The notes under the pieces: generated by a model
The model's database searches: none
The model's input: the letters and a program-made list of their open reading frames with translations, nothing else
Told to the model about the DNA's origin: nothing
Shown: piece after piece, positions 62,989 to 64,000 of the stretch
How the letters are laid out: each line of letters begins with the position of its first letter
Numbering within the stretch: the first letter of the stretch is position 1
NCBI GenBank assembly: GCA_965112155.1
Contig: OZ218107.1
Length of the DNA: 64,000 nt
From: Podarcis liolepis
Taxonomy: Eukaryota
Strand: one strand, 5' to 3'
Program-made: the position numbers and the translations under genes

Positions 62989-64000
62989 GTGTCTCTTTAG
63001 TCTTTATAGCTAATGGGAACATAGGGATCTGCCCTAAACTGAGTCAGGCCATTCATCTATTGTTTACACCCAAACTTGTGTTAGTCCGACTGCTTTTGGA
63101 CTACAGCTCCCATCATCCCTAGCTAGCAAGACCAGTGGTCTGGGATGATGGGAATTGTAGTACAAAATCAGCTAGAGACCCAAGTTTGGGAAACACTGGT
63201 CTACACTGACAAGGAGTGTGTCACTGGGATTTCAGGCAGGAGACTCTCCCAGATCTACCTGCAGATGCCAGTAACTGAACCTGAGACCTTCTGCATGCAA
63301 AACAGGTGCTCTACCACTGAGCTATGACCAATCCCGATTGTCCTGGCCCAGCTTCTTGAACCCTTTTATATGAGTTGCATTACTGGAATCAAGCACGTAT
63401 GAAGAGGGTGGGCCTGGAGAGCTTGTCAAAGAGGTGGAAGAGGAAATGAGGCTGGGGCAGTCATGATTCTTGTTTTTACTATTAAATCTGTATGCCTCCC
63501 TTCATCTGAAGATCACAGGGTGTCTCACAACATAAGAATACAAAATGAGAGCGCAAAATACATAATAAAACAAAAACTAACCACCTTCAGCCTCAGTGGA
63601 GGTCAGAGTATAGATCTGGGGAGGAAACACGTGGCAGTACCTTCTCTCATCTCTTCTGTACCAGTTGAATTAGAAAGATCAGCTGGAGATGGGCATCCCA
63701 TGGAGCCAACCAGTGTAAGCCTGGTTGGTTTTTCAGTTGCACATTGGGATCCTCAGGGAAATGGACAACTAGCCTCAAAAGAGATTTATGTTCAGCTAAG
63801 TGTTACTGGCTGAACCCTGCTGACTATATTTAAAACAAATGTATGATGGTTAAAAATACATATAGGGATATAAGGTAAATTAAAATGATGCAAAAATTTA
63901 TCACAGGCTACAACCTAAAGCTATATGATCCCAGGCAAACTAAAAATAATAGTGGACAGGACCTGTACATCCCATAGAGAAGAGATATATTACAGAGGTC

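Noticed and set aside
759-63813. The many 60-170 aa ORFs as host genes
   Set aside because: No recognisable domains; most start at non-ATG codons or are antisense or alternative frames of SINEs, LINEs and microsatellites
1-64000. Known conserved miRNA or snRNA genes
   Set aside because: I recognised none by eye; this cannot be excluded without Rfam/miRBase, especially within the N-runs

Overview
64 kb of vertebrate, almost certainly squamate (probably lacertid lizard), non-coding genomic DNA. The taxon is inferred from Sauria SINE, Bov-B, CR1 and L2 content. I recognise no host protein-coding gene, rRNA, tRNA or CRISPR array. The recognisable ORFs are retroelement remnants (Bov-B RT, CR1 and L1 ORF2 C-termini). 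The window holds nine Sauria SINEs, four Bov-B insertions, about seven solo LTRs, several TcMar and hAT MITE families and microsatellites. These are interspersed with AT-rich unique blocks that look like conserved non-coding elements (CNEs), as in a gene desert or large intron. Most notable: (i) three TGTCAGGG-type solo LTRs share a degenerate acidic reading frame, ending in an SPRT..EQ..LRL-like motif in two copies; (ii) a Bov-B insertion with a twin-priming-type 5' inversion; (iii) two Sauria SINEs with the same alternative 3' tail; (iv) seven N-runs that look like masking of conserved sequence rather than assembly gaps; (v) a dense hairpin cluster at the window start. Family names come from recalled consensus features, not database searches. 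I cannot claim a confirmed new biological system.
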